Shown here: positions 1 to 13,975 of the stretch, in pieces
How the letters are laid out: every line of letters begins with the position of its first letter
How positions within the stretch are numbered: the stretch's first letter is position 1
Source: Octopus vulgaris
Lineage: Eukaryota
Length of the DNA stretch: 64,000 nt
Reading direction: 5' to 3'
Assembly: GCA_951406725.2 (NCBI GenBank)
Contig: OX597817.1
Coordinates: 158,782,001 to 158,846,000 of the forward strand
Notes under the pieces: model-generated
Database searches by the model: none
Seen by the model: only the letters and a program-made list of their open reading frames with translations
What the model was told of the DNA's origin: nothing
Position numbers and translations under genes: made by a program

Positions 1-1905
1 AATTAGCACAAATTAACACATTTTCTTTTTTACTTTTTTTTTCTGAATGCTGGTAGCTTGAAAGTTCCAGTTATTTGAGTATTGGATAAGAGGGTCAGGT
101 ATCTCCTGATAAATTGAGATGATTCAATCGACTATACCCTTCCTCTTTGAGCCAATATATATATAAAAAAAAAATCAATAGAAATTGTCCTAATTTCTAA
201 GAGAAACCAACAAAACTACAAAAGTTACAAGCATTGACCTTCTTTTCTGAAAAATGAAGTTAACAGGCTGGAAAATCGTAATTACTATCGCAACAACTCA
301 TTTTAGAAATTTAAACATGAAAGTTGAATAGCCAGTCTTAAAACATATTCTAAGCTATAAAATATATTTACTCTAATGAGTCATCTAAAATTTCAAAATA
401 TCCAAAGCTTCTGAAACTCAGCCCCATTTACAATAAAACTGAGGTTAAAAAACATAGCAACAAAAGAAAACAAAAGACGTGTTCTTGAAATAAATCATTT
501 ACAAGAGAATTTTTTTCTTAACCTAATTTGTCTTCTATTTCCCTCTCTCAACTGACCTTTCCATTTTTACTTCAAACAATATGCTAGCTCAAAGAGGCCA
601 TGAAGCACAATCTAAATCTTAGAACATTAATCTTCAATTAATATAATACTTTAAACAGCTTATAACAGTGAGGATAAGGAAGAATTAAACTATGAGGGCC
701 GCTGACCTATCAAATGTCTCTCTCTCTGATATATCTTCCTTCCTTCCTTAGCTGATCCTTACATCTGTTGTTAGATGATTCAACCAATTAAATTTCACAT
801 GAACGGAAGTATCTACCAATGGGTGATCATATCTTGAGTTATAGATAAGATCACACTGATTCAGCTGCCAATGTAGAAGTTTTACTCAGTACAGCTAACA
901 TTTATCAGCTTTACTACTACTAACACTGTTTGCAACAGTGAGTTCTTCCTGTTGTACAATATTTGCTTACATTTATAGGTGGACCGATTCGTTAGATATA
1001 AGTGCCTTGGCTATGGACACACAGAAGTACTGGTGAGAAGATGTATCCATTATTCTTTCACCTATCTGTTTGATACTTTATCAACCCAAATACCCATGCT
1101 CTCTATATGATGCACTTCTCAAAACGCCATGCAACATCTTGTAACTAAATCCTAAAACTTAAATAGATTTTCTTTTTAACATGTTTCCTTAAAAAGGACT
1201 TAGGTTTCAGTCCCCTAAAATATGCTCTATTAATAGACTCAATAAAAATTTCTCTATAACAGACACTGCAGAATAAAAAAATAAAAAAAACCAAAGTGCT
1301 AGTGTTCAGAGAAACTAAACTCCACACAGTTGCTCAAACTAGAAACAGCAGCAAAACCAGCTTACTATCTTAAAGTAGCATACAGATGATGTAATCCTAG
1401 ATATATTAGAAATAAAGACATGAAAATAAGATGGGTTGTTTGTGGTTAGAATACTTTTGATCATAAGTCTTAGAGATTAAAACTGACCTGGAGTAAAACA
1501 GCAGCAACAAGAACCTGAGGAAAAAAGTGGTAATCAAAATTTTACAACCTTCCAAAAGACTTCTCATACTAAAGGCTCTGGCAAAACATTCTCCTCTCCT
1601 CGCAGTACAGAAATTCACAGACTTTTATGAGGTTTGAAAACACAATGAACATATTTAAATCTTTGATGACCATTTAAAGTTATTTTCTCTTCTCACTTAT
1701 GCATAGATTACATCACATTAAAATGCCTATACAATTTTCTTACAACTCAGATTAGCTGGATTAACTGCCAGCTGCCTTGAAATATGAAGAGTTGAAATAA
1801 AGAAATGTAGAAACTAATGTGCCAAGAAAGAAGATAACCTGGAATAGTGGGTGAGAAGCATTAACTATTTTGTGAATATCTATTTCAAACAAGGATACAT
1901 TCAGT

Positions 1906-2074
1906 TTAATCCTTTAGCATTTAAACCAACCATATCCGGTCAAAATATTCTACCTGCTTTATGGTCAAACTGGTTGTACAATGTCATTCTAAAAATAAAC
2001 AATCACATCATCAAAATCTTGAGGTTACAAAACGGTTTATGATTAATTAAAAACAATATGAATAGATAAGCATT
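1906..2074 (+). mobile_element. piggyBac-type MITE family D, partial
   Basis: Starts TTAA-TCCTTTAGCATTTAAAC; body matches copies at 4228, 56702, 59894. Confidence 0.6.
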
Positions 2075-2101
2075 CTGCGAGTAGTTTATTTATAATAACT
2101 A

Positions 2102-2210
2102 CCATATTTACTCATGTATAAGTCACACCTCTAATTTAGAGTTAAATCTATTTTTTTTCAGTTAAAAATTAAGTATAAACTAGAGTGACTTGTACACAAA
2201 TAAAATACAG
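2102..2210. mobile_element. pogo/Tigger-like MITE
   Basis: Imperfect TIRs CCATATTTACTCATGTATAAGTCAC / GTGACTTGTACACAAATAAAATACAG, flanked by TA on both sides. Confidence 0.55.
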
Positions 2211-3151
2211 TAACTTTATATTTATTGATATATTAAGCTGGTATTTAAAACAGACCTTAAAAATATATATACTGATGTCTTGCATAATCTTGGCAATAAG
2301 ATTATTTGGGGCCTGTGTGGAGCTTGAACAGAGAGATATAAACATATTTAGTGAAATTAGGGATATGGTATGTCATAGTTGTTTTTTTAACCCTCCAGTG
2401 TTTAAGTAGAAAGAAAAAAATTGCTCTCCAGGAGACAGCCAACCATTGTAAATCCATTCAAACAACTTTTCTACTACCTTATACAACAGAAATACCTGTA
2501 AACATTTCAGTATTTATCACAATGCATCTCATAGAAATACATTATAACTAATCTGATGATCTTTCACAATCAAATATCCTGATAAACTAAAACTGACTTC
2601 TGTACAGAAAGAGAACACCACCATAGAAGCTTGTACAAAAAAAAGCTCTCTTACTCTACCACAAACTGCTCAATACCTATATGGATCAATACACTTTGAT
2701 GTCAAGATCTACAATACCACAGACAATATCCATGCTTTCAAGGCGACTATATGAAAAAGCAGTAGCTATGTATGCCACAGTTAGTTCTAACAATACAGGG
2801 ACAGAATTGTAACAGGTACACATACATAATCACAATAACGAGTCACTTCTTCAAACAGAAACACATCCTGCCAAACATACATATGTGCACACACACAAAC
2901 AAATTTATCTTTGCTTTACACCTATTTTTCTCTGATGGCATAGGTTGGACAGATACTTATTTGCAGCAGTATTTTTACAGCCAAAGGCTATTCATAACAG
3001 TCTATTAAGTTAGGGAGTTTTTATTCCACAACTTTGAGAGCACAGAGGTATGGGACATAACATTCATGAGGAATGATAACATTGTTTTATTACTCAGATG
3101 TTTTCAAATGCAAAGCAGAAATGAAAACTTTCATGCATGCATGCACTACGT

Positions 3152-3480
3152 ATCATCATCATTTAATATCCGTCTTCCATGCTGGCATAGGTTGGATGGT
3201 TTGACAGGAGCCAACCAGGTACAAGACTACACCAGGCTACTGTATCTGTTTTAGCATGGTTTTTACAGCTGGATGCCCTTCCTAACACCAACCACCCGCA
3301 GAGTGGCCTGAGTACTTTTTTATGTGGCACCAGCATAAAACTGAGGTCAGTTTTGGCATGATTTTACAGCTGGATACCATTCCAAATGCCAACCACTTCA
3401 GTGTGGACTGGATGCTTTTTAGGTGGCACGAGCACCTGCAAGGTCACCAAGTAACTTGCAAGACAAGGAATTTTGAGAGG
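3152..3480 (-). mobile_element. RTE-LINE 3'-end-related repeat (family B), diverged
   Basis: (CAT)n tail, CCATGCTGGCATAGGTTGGA and CAGCTGGATGCCCTTCCTAA shared with copies at 24229, 42402, 55243. Confidence 0.65.
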
Positions 3481-3655
3481 GGATGAGACATTAGAGGAGA
3501 TGATCTTGTGTCCAATGAAGAAAGTGGACGCAAGTGCTAATATATGATTTATAAAAACATGTGACATAATAAATATCCGTAAATATAAAACCATCCAGAT
3601 TTCTGAATACCTCATTTCTTCTAATATATAATACCTGTACATCATCTCCAAACCT

Positions 3656-3717
<62 letters not shown>

Positions 3718-3729
3718 ATGCACATTTAG

Positions 3730-3985
3730 CAGGGCCTAGTGGTTATGGTGTTAGTCATGATTGCTAGGTCATGGGTTAGATCTCCAGACTGAGTGGTGTG
3801 TTGTATCCTTGAGCAAAATACTTCATTTCACATTGCTTCAGCCCATCAGCCTTCTGATCAGGATTACTATTGGCTTACTTGCCTAACTAATAGGGTGGCA
3901 TCATTCAAAAGCTAAAACACTGCAAAATGCCATGCGACTAGTGATGTATAACAACATTCAATAGTTTAATCAATCATGTGATATA
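3730..3985 (+). mobile_element. tRNA-derived SINE family F, diverged
   Basis: GGCCTAGTGGTTA head, TCCTTGAGCAAAATACTT core; similar to 52568 copy. Confidence 0.55.
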
Positions 3986-4227
3986 TATATTTATTAATGT
4001 CATATGAATTTAGAAACTGAGAAACGTGAAATTGTTTTTGTTACACAGGAACTCGTAGTAGATAAATCTATAAATAATAGTGTTTAAATACTAACTTATA
4101 AAAACTTTTGGATGGGGAAAGTCAAAGGCAGTCAATAGTAGATTGTCTGTCACGGTTACAGAGATGTAGTTTGTGTCCCATGGGTAGCATTCAACTTTTT
4201 CCATCCAAGGAGTTTTTAACTCAATAT

Positions 4228-4444
4228 TTAATCCCTTAGCATTTAAACTGGTCAAATCCAGTCAAATTATTCTACCTGTTTCATGTTCAAAGTGGTCAGA
4301 TCTACCCTATCACGTCATTCTAAAAGTAAATAATCACATCAGTGAAATCTTGAAGTTACAAGATAATAATACATGATTAATTCAAAACAATGTGAATAAA
4401 TTAGAACTACATTTGACAGAATAAACTCAATACAAAATGGTTAA
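4228..4444 (+). mobile_element. piggyBac-type MITE family D
   Basis: TTAA at both ends, CCCTTAGCATT-like terminus, ~215 bp multi-copy body. Confidence 0.7.
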
Positions 4445-4686
4445 ACGCTATTATTTATAATTTTATCTACTTAGACTTCTGTCATTAAAACTGATTTATG
4501 ACAGGCTTCCGTGCAGTTTCCATTCATCAATTTCTCACTCATAAGGCATTGGTTAGTAGGAGGCAATAATAGAAGACGCTTGCTAAAGGTGCTGAGCAGT
4601 CAGACTGAACTTGTGACCATTTGGTCACAAAATGAACTTTGTAACCATACAACCATGTCTGCAAATCACAAACATGTATATGCGAA

Positions 4687-4749
4687 AGAAATTCAATTAT
4701 TTAACTGTAAGAAATTCAATTATTTAATTACAAGAAATTCAATTATTTG
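4687..4749. repeat. 23-bp tandem repeat, ~3 copies
   Basis: AAGAAATTCAATTATTT repeated three times at 23-bp period. Confidence 0.8.
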
Positions 4750-5055
4750 AATTTGTTATAAAGGAGCAACCATCAAAGGGTGTTATAGCCAAATGGATCA
4801 GGAATTTGTAGAAGTGATTCATGGTTTCAAAAGTTATTAAGCGAAATAGTTACAATTGGGTCATAAACTTTGCTTGTTGAGAGCATGTCAAGTATATACA
4901 CATCTGAGTGTATATAGAGATGTATATCTAAATGCATGAGTATTTGTATAAATTTGTTTGTGTATGTGAATGTACAAGATGAAAATGGTTGGTTTTACTA
5001 TTATTAAAAGAACAGTAAGCTAATAGGCTAATAGATGCTTTATGATATATATCAT

Positions 5056-5120
<65 letters not shown>

Positions 5121-5728
5121 CTAATACTTGAAAGTTTTGAGTTCAAATCTAACTCTTGTGGATACTTAGTAAAGATACTGGTCTACTTAAATAAATTTCT
5201 ATTTCCTCTAAATTTATGTAAAGAGCTATTTATCTATGCTGCTACTGCAAAAACGTCACATCTCCCCAATACCACACCACTGCTCCCAGTTGCAGAAATA
5301 GTTTAGTACCAGGTCAAATACCTTATGATATCTTCCTGTATACTTAGAATTTTGGGTTCAAATGCAGGTTGAAGCTGCCTCAGTCTTTTCTTCTCATCCA
5401 TCACCAACACTGATAAAATTAGCACTACGCATGTACTAGGTTCAATTAGATTGTTAATAACTCATAAAAATAAACATTATGCTAAGATATATATACATAT
5501 ATATAATAATAATAATAATTTGAGGGAATATTATTCCTAACTTACAGAGAAAAATTCAATTTAGAATTATTCTACCAAATATATACGTTTTATTTATTAT
5601 TTTGTATATTACTTAATCATAGATTTATTATTTTTATCTTATATTTAATATTTCTATTATATATAATTTTCTAGATGGTGTAATTTAATTTTTCATTTTG
5701 AATTGATAAAAGGTGTTTTTTTCTAATT

Positions 5729-5760
<32 letters not shown>

Positions 5761-6364
5761 TATATAAACCATTATAAAGAAAATGGTTATTGGTAAAGCA
5801 TCAGAAAACGGGTTTTTTTTCAGAATTTAGTGATGTCCTTTAATGTTCTCTGTTCATATCCTGTTGAGGCTGAGTTTATCTTTCAACCTTCCAGGCTCAA
5901 AATAACTTTCAATGAAGTACCAAGAACTCAATATAACGAATTGTACTATCTCTCTAAATTCTGTTGTTTTGTATTTGTTAGAAATTATTAACACATCATC
6001 ATCATCATTATTATCATTATTAACATCTTAACCAATATTCTATTAGTGGAAGGCTCCCCCCCCCCCCGCCCAGTAGCCAAACAATGAAGCTGCAGAAGGA
6101 CAAAAGAAAGAAAGAAAAATCATTGAACAAACCTATAAGCAGGTGGGGAACACAAAGGTATTCAGTGAGTAGAAACAATCAGGAAGAGGTGTTACATAGA
6201 AAGGTAAAGGTATTTCAGGAATGTCAACCTACTGCTCCAACACCACCCAAACAGTCCCACCTGCCTACTTTCCACCAGGTTAGACAGCAGGAGGCTATAA
6301 CCAGGGTCACAGTCAACTTGGTTGAAGTACTCTGAACATATACATGTGAGTGTTCTTGTATATA

Positions 6365-6490
6365 AGTGTGTATGCGTACATGCCAGGTGTGTATGTGTGC
6401 GTGTGCATGCCAGGTGTGTATGTGCGTGTGTGTGTGTGCATGCCAGGTGTGTGTGTGCATGCCAGGTGTGTATGTGTGTGTGTGTGTGTA
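6365..6490. repeat. Compound (TG)n / CATGCCAGG minisatellite
   Basis: Four CATGCCAGGTGTGT units separated by TG runs. Confidence 0.8.
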
Positions 6491-7117
6491 TTTTAAATGC
6501 TATAGCATAGAGATAAGAGATGTCAACAGTGAGTGTGATTATTTGTTCAAAGATAAAGTAGAGAGAGAGAGAGAGAGAGAGAAACAGACAGAGAATAAGA
6601 GAGAGAGATAAATGGACATACAAATAGGAAGATAATAATAGAAACAAAGTGAAAACAGAGAGAGATGAAGAAACTATATAAAGCTCAAGCAACAGAATAT
6701 TTTGACCCCTCTGTGTTAGATTTAAGGCTTTTTAGTTGCAGCAGCTGTAGCAATAATGGTGATAGTGTTGTTGAAGATGCGTGGCCCCAGTCAGGTCGGA
6801 TTGAGTAGACCTATGACACTGATGTTGTCAGTCAAAACGATTAGGTGTGTAACCAACAGGTCTATTTGTTCAGAGTTATACCATTTACTCTGGTATAACT
6901 AAAAGTACATTGGAAATGTTTAGCCCCAGGTGAGCTCAGAATGAGCAGATTTATGATTAAATGCACTCCAGCCTTTAATTCAGGAACTAAGTTTAAGAAA
7001 ATGGACATTAAATGAGGATGATGGAGCTTTTTATCTATTTTGGTTCGAGGCAAATATTCAGATAGTAGGTACAGACATAGTTGTGTAGTTACAAAGTTTG
7101 CTTCCCAATCACATTGT

Positions 7118-7344
7118 TTAACCCTTTTGATACCAACCAACCTGAAACCGCCTCTGGCTCTGTAGTACAAATGTCTTGTTTTCAAATGTTCTGAATTAAA
7201 ATTTTCTACCAAACCTTAGTCACAATTTATGTTCCTAACACTAACTTAATGATAAAGTTATTTTACTAAATTCTTTGTTATATTTAAAATTAATTGAAAG
7301 AAATACAGAGTATCTCAATAGAAATATAGTAACAAAAGGGTTAA
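7118..7344 (+). mobile_element. piggyBac-type MITE family C, inserted in a SINE head
   Basis: TTAA-CCCTTTTG ... CAAAAGGG-TTAA; SINE A head sequence continues across both TTAA sites. Confidence 0.8.
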
Positions 7345-7851
7345 GGTTTAGTCCCACTGTGAGCACCTTGAGCAAGTGTTAGCCATTATAGCTATGGGCC
7401 AACCAAACCTTGAGAGTGGATAAGATAGATGGAAATGGAAAGACATCTGTCGTGTACACACACACATTTATGACAGGATTCTTTCAGTTTCCGTCTGTGT
7501 GTGTGTGTCTCCTTGCCTTGACCTCATGTGATTGTTGTAAATCAGTGGTTCCCAAACATTTTCAGGTTTTGTAGTTTTGTGAGTTGCATGGTGAGCCTCA
7601 CCAGTGCCAGTGGCATGAAAAAGCACCCAGTACACACTGTAAAGTGGATGGAGTAAGAAAGGGCACCCAGCTTTACAAACCATGCCTAAACAGACTGGAG
7701 CACAATGCAGTCCTTGGACCCATCAGATCCTGTCAAACTGTCCAACCCATGCCAACATAGAACATGGATGTTAAATGATGATGAGTCACTAAAGCTATGT
7801 CTTTATAAGTCCTTACATACTCAAGATGAACTGTCTGACATATCGTATTAC

Positions 7852-8079
7852 TTAACGCTTTTGTTACAGTATTTATTTTGAGATGCTCTGTGTTTCTTTC
7901 AATTACTTTAAATATAACAAAGAATTTAGTAAAATAACTTAGTTATCATTAAGCTAGTGTTAGGAACATAAATTGTGACTAAGGTTTGGTGGAAGATTTT
8001 AATTCAAATCTTGTGAAAACAAGACATTTGTACTCAGAACCAGAGCCGGTTTCAGCTGGGTTGGTAGCGAAAGGGTTAA
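7852..8079 (-). mobile_element. piggyBac-type MITE family C
   Basis: Reverse complement of the 7118 copy, TTAA at both ends. Confidence 0.8.
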
Positions 8080-8855
8080 TGACATTCCAGGTTCAAGCTA
8101 GATTTCTGGAAGTTTTGCTAAAGATCAAGTAATATAGAAACTGTCCCACTGGCTCAAACCACCATTGCAGACCACTTACTGAAAAACTAAGGTAAGGAGC
8201 ACAGATTATTGCTAGAGTCATCAGTAACCCACGTATCCCCAATAATTACATATTCAATCTTACTAAAGAAAATGGAACAAGTATTTTCCCATTTGATCGA
8301 AGTAAACACTGTACTGTCAGCCAAAATCTAAAGCTACCTCTTGTCTGAATTTTTCCATGCTGGTCTCTTAGATGGCCATTACCTGAACTGTTGATCATAA
8401 AAGAACAACCAGGGCCATAAAATGGGTGCAAACATACTTGGATTTCCACACTGCACCTTACAATACCATGGTCACTCTGCTAGAATTGACAAACAAAAGC
8501 CTCTATCATCATAAAAATGTAAAGCCTTATGAGTCTACTTAATCAATTGCTAAGCCAATGGATAATGACACTACATTCAGACACCACACATAATGGAAAA
8601 TAACTGTTTTTTAATATAAGACAGTGGTGCACTACCATAATAATACATCTAATTTAATTCTGTACCATCAACACCGACCCACAAATATGCAACTCATTCA
8701 TTGGTAACATTGCTGTTTTTATAAGCAAGAAGATATAATCAATGGACTTAACACTTACTACTCGCACAGACAGAGATTATAGAAAGAAAGATAGTGAAAA
8801 GCAAGCAATCAGATACTGTAAAGCATCCCGTTGAAGCTACTCAACTCAGATGCCT

Positions 8856-9082
8856 TTAACTCTTTAGTGTTCAGATTATTCTATCAAACATAATACCTAT
8901 TGATTCCCATTGATTTGAATTAATCATGCATTATCTCATAACTTCAAGATCTTGATGGTGCAATTACTTAATGTAGAATAACATTGAAGAATAGGTGTGA
9001 GGGCCTGGATCTGGTCAGTTTGAACATAAAACAGATTAAATATTTTGGCCGGATATGGCCGGTTTAAATACTAAATGGTTAA
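8856..9082 (-). mobile_element. piggyBac-type MITE family D
   Basis: Reverse complement of family D body, TTAA termini. Confidence 0.7.
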
Positions 9083-9689
9083 GTTGTCCAACAGTAACAA
9101 TAACAGTGCACAGTGATGCTTTTAATACCAATGAAAGGGGGTGATATTTATTAGTAAGACAGATCATCATTGATGCTGAAAGTTATTAATTAGTAAACTA
9201 ATAAAGCTGAAAATACCATAGATCTAACCAAGTGTATCAGTGAAGAGCTAGAGATATAAAATGTATTATTGGCCATTAGCATAACACCCCCACAATAATG
9301 TGGTTGAGGTGGTGGAGGATACTGCGACAGTGGTGTGTCAAGGGCAATGACTTGAAAGCATTCCATTGCACAGATGGAATTCATAAAAAAGAAGAAAAAA
9401 AAGAGAGACAAAATAGAAGCGCATAAAAGAAAGCTAACAAATGGAAGAATAAATAAGTGAAGAATATATCAAAATAAATAGAAGAAAATATTTTAAGATT
9501 AGATAAAGTTGGTGCTGCCAAGTGTTGGCAGCAATCATTATTCATTAGCAACACTAATTAGTAAATATCAGTCTGCTCAAAACACTACCATTACCACTAA
9601 TAGATATCAGAGTATACCATTACTGCAAACAAGGACACCATTACTGCCACTACCACCTCCAAGACAGAAGTTGATGATATAGAGTCAAA

Positions 9690-9872
9690 GGAGCCTCAAC
9701 ATGATTATTCAAACATGATAAAAATAGCAGTCAAATCTCTCTCAAATCACACCTTACTGTTTTAGAAAAGGAAACTTAGGACAATGTAATCAAAACTTTA
9801 CAAAAAAGATGGGATAGTCACAATAGGAATGCTTTTAATCATAGGTCTGCTTAATCAGGTCTGAACAACAGC
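9690..9872 (+). mobile_element. Interspersed repeat family G (other copies near 15985, 18435, 20920, 30870, 33345, 33560, 54262)
   Basis: Recurrent AAATAGCAGCCAAATCTCCCTCAAATCACAC ... TTTGATCATAGGTCTGCT ... AACAACAAC consensus. Confidence 0.55.
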
Positions 9873-10612
9873 AGCCCACAACACAGACCGCCAACACAAT
9901 GAACTACAAAATACTCAAAATAATTGATCACACAGACATGATCCGTTAGACCCCACGAACACCAAAGAGAACTATACACCATGAGATGTAACTACATCCT
10001 ATTCTATCCTAGGTTTCATTACTCCTGAAAGAGGAACCCCACCCTGGATTCCTTCCACTGCTCTCTGTCTCTGACTAGTCATGACCATGTAGGCCCCAGG
10101 TAACAGGTGAGATCTCACTATCTTGTCTTTGGTCAGCCTCTTGAGCTTGTCTATTTTCTTGGTGTCCACTCCTGCTCTTGTAATGTTGATCACACCCCCA
10201 CTATTTGAAAGATATCTAATAGCCATAACTGCATAGGAACAGCAAATGAGACCACCTTGCCCACTTCCACTGTGACCATAACTACCATAATCTAAGGACA
10301 TACAAAAAGAGCAGAGAAGACCTAACAAGCTCAGATTGCCTCAGCACATCCCTTAAGATGTTATCACATGCCAGAATCAGCAGGATTGTCTCCTTTTAAA
10401 CATCTAAAGATGCAGCATATCTGGAGTATGATCTGTGAATCACAACCATTCAACAACTGCTGAGCGGACATACTACATACAATTGCTCCAGCTGGTCTGA
10501 CTTGGTGTGAAGGTAGAAAGGTATCTGAACAACAAAAACAACAACAACAAAAATGACTACCATCAATCCCATCATTATCACTGACAGACATTACTGTACA
10601 CTCACTCCAACT

Positions 10613-11158
10613 CAGGGGCCAACAAACTTTTTTCACAGCGGACCAGATAACTGAGAGAATGTTGAGCGTGGGTCACATAACTATTTTGTTCAATACAATA
10701 CAGCGAATACACAAAAAAAAAAAAAATCAAGATAACCATATTCATTTACCAAAAAGTTATCAAAGAAAGCGACATTAGCAATAAGATAGTTATATCACAC
10801 CCAGTGTGCACACATCGAATCTCACAAACTAAGCAGCAAAAATGGTTAGTGAGATTTGTGAAACTGGTGTTTAGCTTTTAAAATATCAACATTTGCTATG
10901 GACTTTCTGCATCCAACTAAGAGAATTGCTTTCAAATGTTCATCAGTCAACCTCATTCGATGTCCTGACTTCACAAACTTAATTTTTGAAATTGTTTGCT
11001 CACAGACATAAGTTATTCCAAACACTGATGTCATAACAGAGGCAAATGAACCCTCGTTGTAGGTACTTACACAAAAGGTATAGTGCAGCAGCAGACCAGA
11101 TGAATTGACCTCACAGGCCAGATTTGGCCGAAGGGGGGCTGTAGTTTAGTGATCCCTG
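10613..11158 (-). mobile_element. Internally deleted hAT (Charlie/Buster-like) transposon with transposase C-terminal dimerisation remnant
   Basis: TIRs CAGGGGCCAACAAACT / AGTTTAGTGATCCCTG; 8-bp TSD-like CTCCAACT / CTCCAATA; ORF 10846..11034(-) FGITYVCEQTISKIKFVKSGHRMRLTDEHL matches the hAT dimerisation motif. Confidence 0.85.
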
Positions 11159-11171
11159 CTCCAATATAAGT

Positions 11172-11331
11172 GTAGGAGTGGCTGTGTGGTAAGTAGCTTT
11201 CTTACCAACCACATGTTTCCGGGTTCAGTCCCATTGCGTGGCACCTTGGGCAAGTGTCTTCTACTATAGCCTCGGGCTGACCAAAGCCTTGTGAGTGGAT
11301 TTGGTGGGGGGAAACTGAAAGAAGCTTGTTG

Positions 11332-11368
<37 letters not shown>

Positions 11369-11558
11369 TTGCTCTCCCAACATCACTTGACAACCGATGC
11401 AGGTGTGCCTACGTCCCCGTAACTTAGCAGTTTGGCAAAAGAGGCCGACAGAATAAGAACTAGGCTTACAAAGAGTAAGTCCTGGGGTTGATTTGCTCAA
11501 CTAAAGGCGGTGCTCCAGCATGGCCACAGTCAAATGACTGAAACAAGTAAAAGAGTAA
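11172..11558 (+). mobile_element. tRNA-derived SINE family A (octopus-type), full length
   Basis: Pol III A/B-box-like head GGAGTGGCTGTGTGGT..GGGTTCAGTCCC, CORE-like CCTTGGGCAAGT, internal (TG)n, tail GACTGAAACAAGTAAAAGAG; about ten similar copies in window. Confidence 0.9.
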
Positions 11559-12849
11559 CCTTCCTCCTGCTTATCATGTTCCCCACACTTCCTCTTTTTT
11601 AAAGATATCTAACAGCCAACATGACAGTCTTATAGTGGCCCATAATTTTACTTAACAAAGGACATAGTACCCTCACCTATTTACCAATAGAGACTGTACT
11701 ATTGGGTTCATCATCATTAGCACTTAATGTAGTAAAAGGTGTTCATATTCAAACCCCAGCACACACTCCACCCCCACCTTTTATCTTCCAATTAACAGAA
11801 ATAAACTAACAAATGAAAAACAAAAATCAAAATATAAAAAAAATCATCACAATCTACACTTATCTAAAGCTTTAATCTCAAAATACCAACTTGGAAGGTG
11901 GTGGCAGGTGGTTGAAGTGTAGTTGTGGATGGTGTAAATTAATGGAAGTTACCCAGAGATTGCTTACCAATTAAAATTCCTCCACTTAAAAAGACATTCC
12001 CTCTAATTCATACACAGATGTAGCATGTATGGTTTATTTGTTTGTTTTGTTTTGTTTTGTTGAGTTTTTTTTTTAAATGTTTTTATTTTGTTTTTGATAT
12101 TTGCTTTCATAAACTGTTGATAACAGCCTCTGATGACAGGATGAGTGAGATCCTCTCTCTCACCACTACTACTACCATCACCACCAATAACACAAACAAA
12201 GAGCTAGTGTGAGGAGATGAAAGGATATGGGGAAACAGCATCAATCAAGGTGACACACACAACATTCAAGTGAGGTTTCCTCAATGCTAATCCATTATCA
12301 TTCAGATACATACACACACTCAGAATTTCAGGAAATTGTATGTAATGTGTGAGTGTGTGCATGCAAGCATTTCGCTTTCTTGGAATGGCTATGCTTGTTG
12401 TCAAGAGCACTGTGGGTTGCAAAGAAAATTCAAGGAAACATGCAGATCCTTAGTGGATACCTGGAAGGCCACATGGACGCTAGCAACACAGATGTAGTGG
12501 GTGTAGAGTGACATTGATTTGAGGCCAGCGGCATATTTTCCCCATCGCTTGACGTGTTTTTCGCAAAAGACTGGAATTGGACAACTTCACTCAGATGATG
12601 ATGATCATGCTCATTTATAACCATCATGTGATGTTTAGACAAGGGTGCAAGCACACACACACACGCACACATATGAGATCTCTTTCAGTTTTCCCAAACA
12701 TTGCTCAAAAATATTCACGTACTTTATTAGTGATATGTATATGTCTACATTCATGTAACACACTGCCTATCTTGTACATTGTTGTTTGCTATAGCAAGAA
12801 TAAGTTAAGGTAGGAATAAGTAAAAAAAATAAAAATAAAAAGTAAAGAC

Positions 12850-13091
12850 TCCTTTTCAAGTCATACTGACTCATAAGGGCTGATTTCCAAGTTTCCATGG
12901 CGTATGAATTCCTTACCTGGATTGGACACTGGTCCATCACAGAATTACTCATTTTTGCCAGGTGAATGGAGTGGAGCAACATGATATGAAGTGTTTTGCT
13001 CAAGAACATAACACATCGCCTAGTCCAGGAATCAAAACCACAATCTTACGATCATGAGTCCAACACCCTAACCACCAAGCCATGCACCTCC
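12850..13091 (-). mobile_element. tRNA-derived SINE (family F-like head)
   Basis: Reverse strand reads GGAGGTGCATGGCTTGGTGGTTAGGGTG..TTCTTGAGCAAAACACTT. Confidence 0.6.
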
Positions 13092-13564
13092 ACTAAGGTG
13101 TTAGGGTGGTACTTATCTGGGCTTACAAATTATCATTTGTAATTGCCAGAGCTTCATTACAAATAACATTAAATACCATACAATGTTTAAATATATCTCA
13201 TTACATTCATTCTAAGTTCAAACAGCCCATCAGGGTTGGTTGCCATTCATCCCTCCAGAGTCAGTAAAATAAGTACAAGTCATTTTACCCTTTAGCATTT
13301 AAAACAGCCATATCTGGTCTCTCGAACATACCCTGCAATGTCATTCTACATGTAAACAATCACACCATTGAAATCTCGAAGATATGAGATAATGCAGATT
13401 AAATCAAAACAATGTGAATAAGTGTTATATTTGACAGAGTAATCTGAATGCTGAAGGGCTAAAGGTAATGGTATGCAAGGGAAATAATCATCATGTTCTC
13501 TGCTTTCATGGTTAAAGATAGTGCCACATGTCTGAGAGGATGCAGTGTTATATCCTGTTGTATT

Positions 13565-13975
13565 CATGGCTGTGTGGTTAAGCTTGCTTCCCAATCATAT
13601 GGTTTTGGGTTCAGTCCTACAATGTGACACATTAGGCAAGTTTTCTATTATAGCCACAGGCTAATCAAAACCTTGTGAGTGGATTTGGGATTTGGTAGAT
13701 GAAAACTGAAAGAAATCTCTCATATATATATATATGTGTGTGTGTGTGCTTGCACCCTTGTCTAAACATCACATGATGGTTATAAATGAGCATGATCATC
13801 ATATGAGTGAAGTTGTTCATTTCCAGTCTTTTGCAAAAAACATGTTAAGTAATGGGAAAATATGTTGCTTAGAGACAGGTAAGGGTTGGTGACAAGCAGG
13901 GCATCCTGTCTTAGAAAACTGGCCTCAGATAATTCCGTTTCACCCATGTAAAGTGGGTGCCAAATGATGATGATG
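13565..13975 (+). mobile_element. SINE with family A head and family H 3' part (related pieces near 45920, 58905(-), 59580)
   Basis: GGCTGTGTGGTTAAG head, then GGGCATCC..AGAAAACTGGCCTCA and (GAT)n tail. Confidence 0.55.

Noticed and set aside
6060-6125. Strong minus-strand polypyrimidine/CAG acceptor near 6089 (similar ones near 62800-62965)
   Set aside because: No convincing coding frame or matched donor; cannot be called an exon from sequence alone
10920-10950. Minus-strand CTGATGA-ACATTT-GAAA hammerhead-like string
   Set aside because: No convincing stems; it is the hAT transposase codons for TDEHLK
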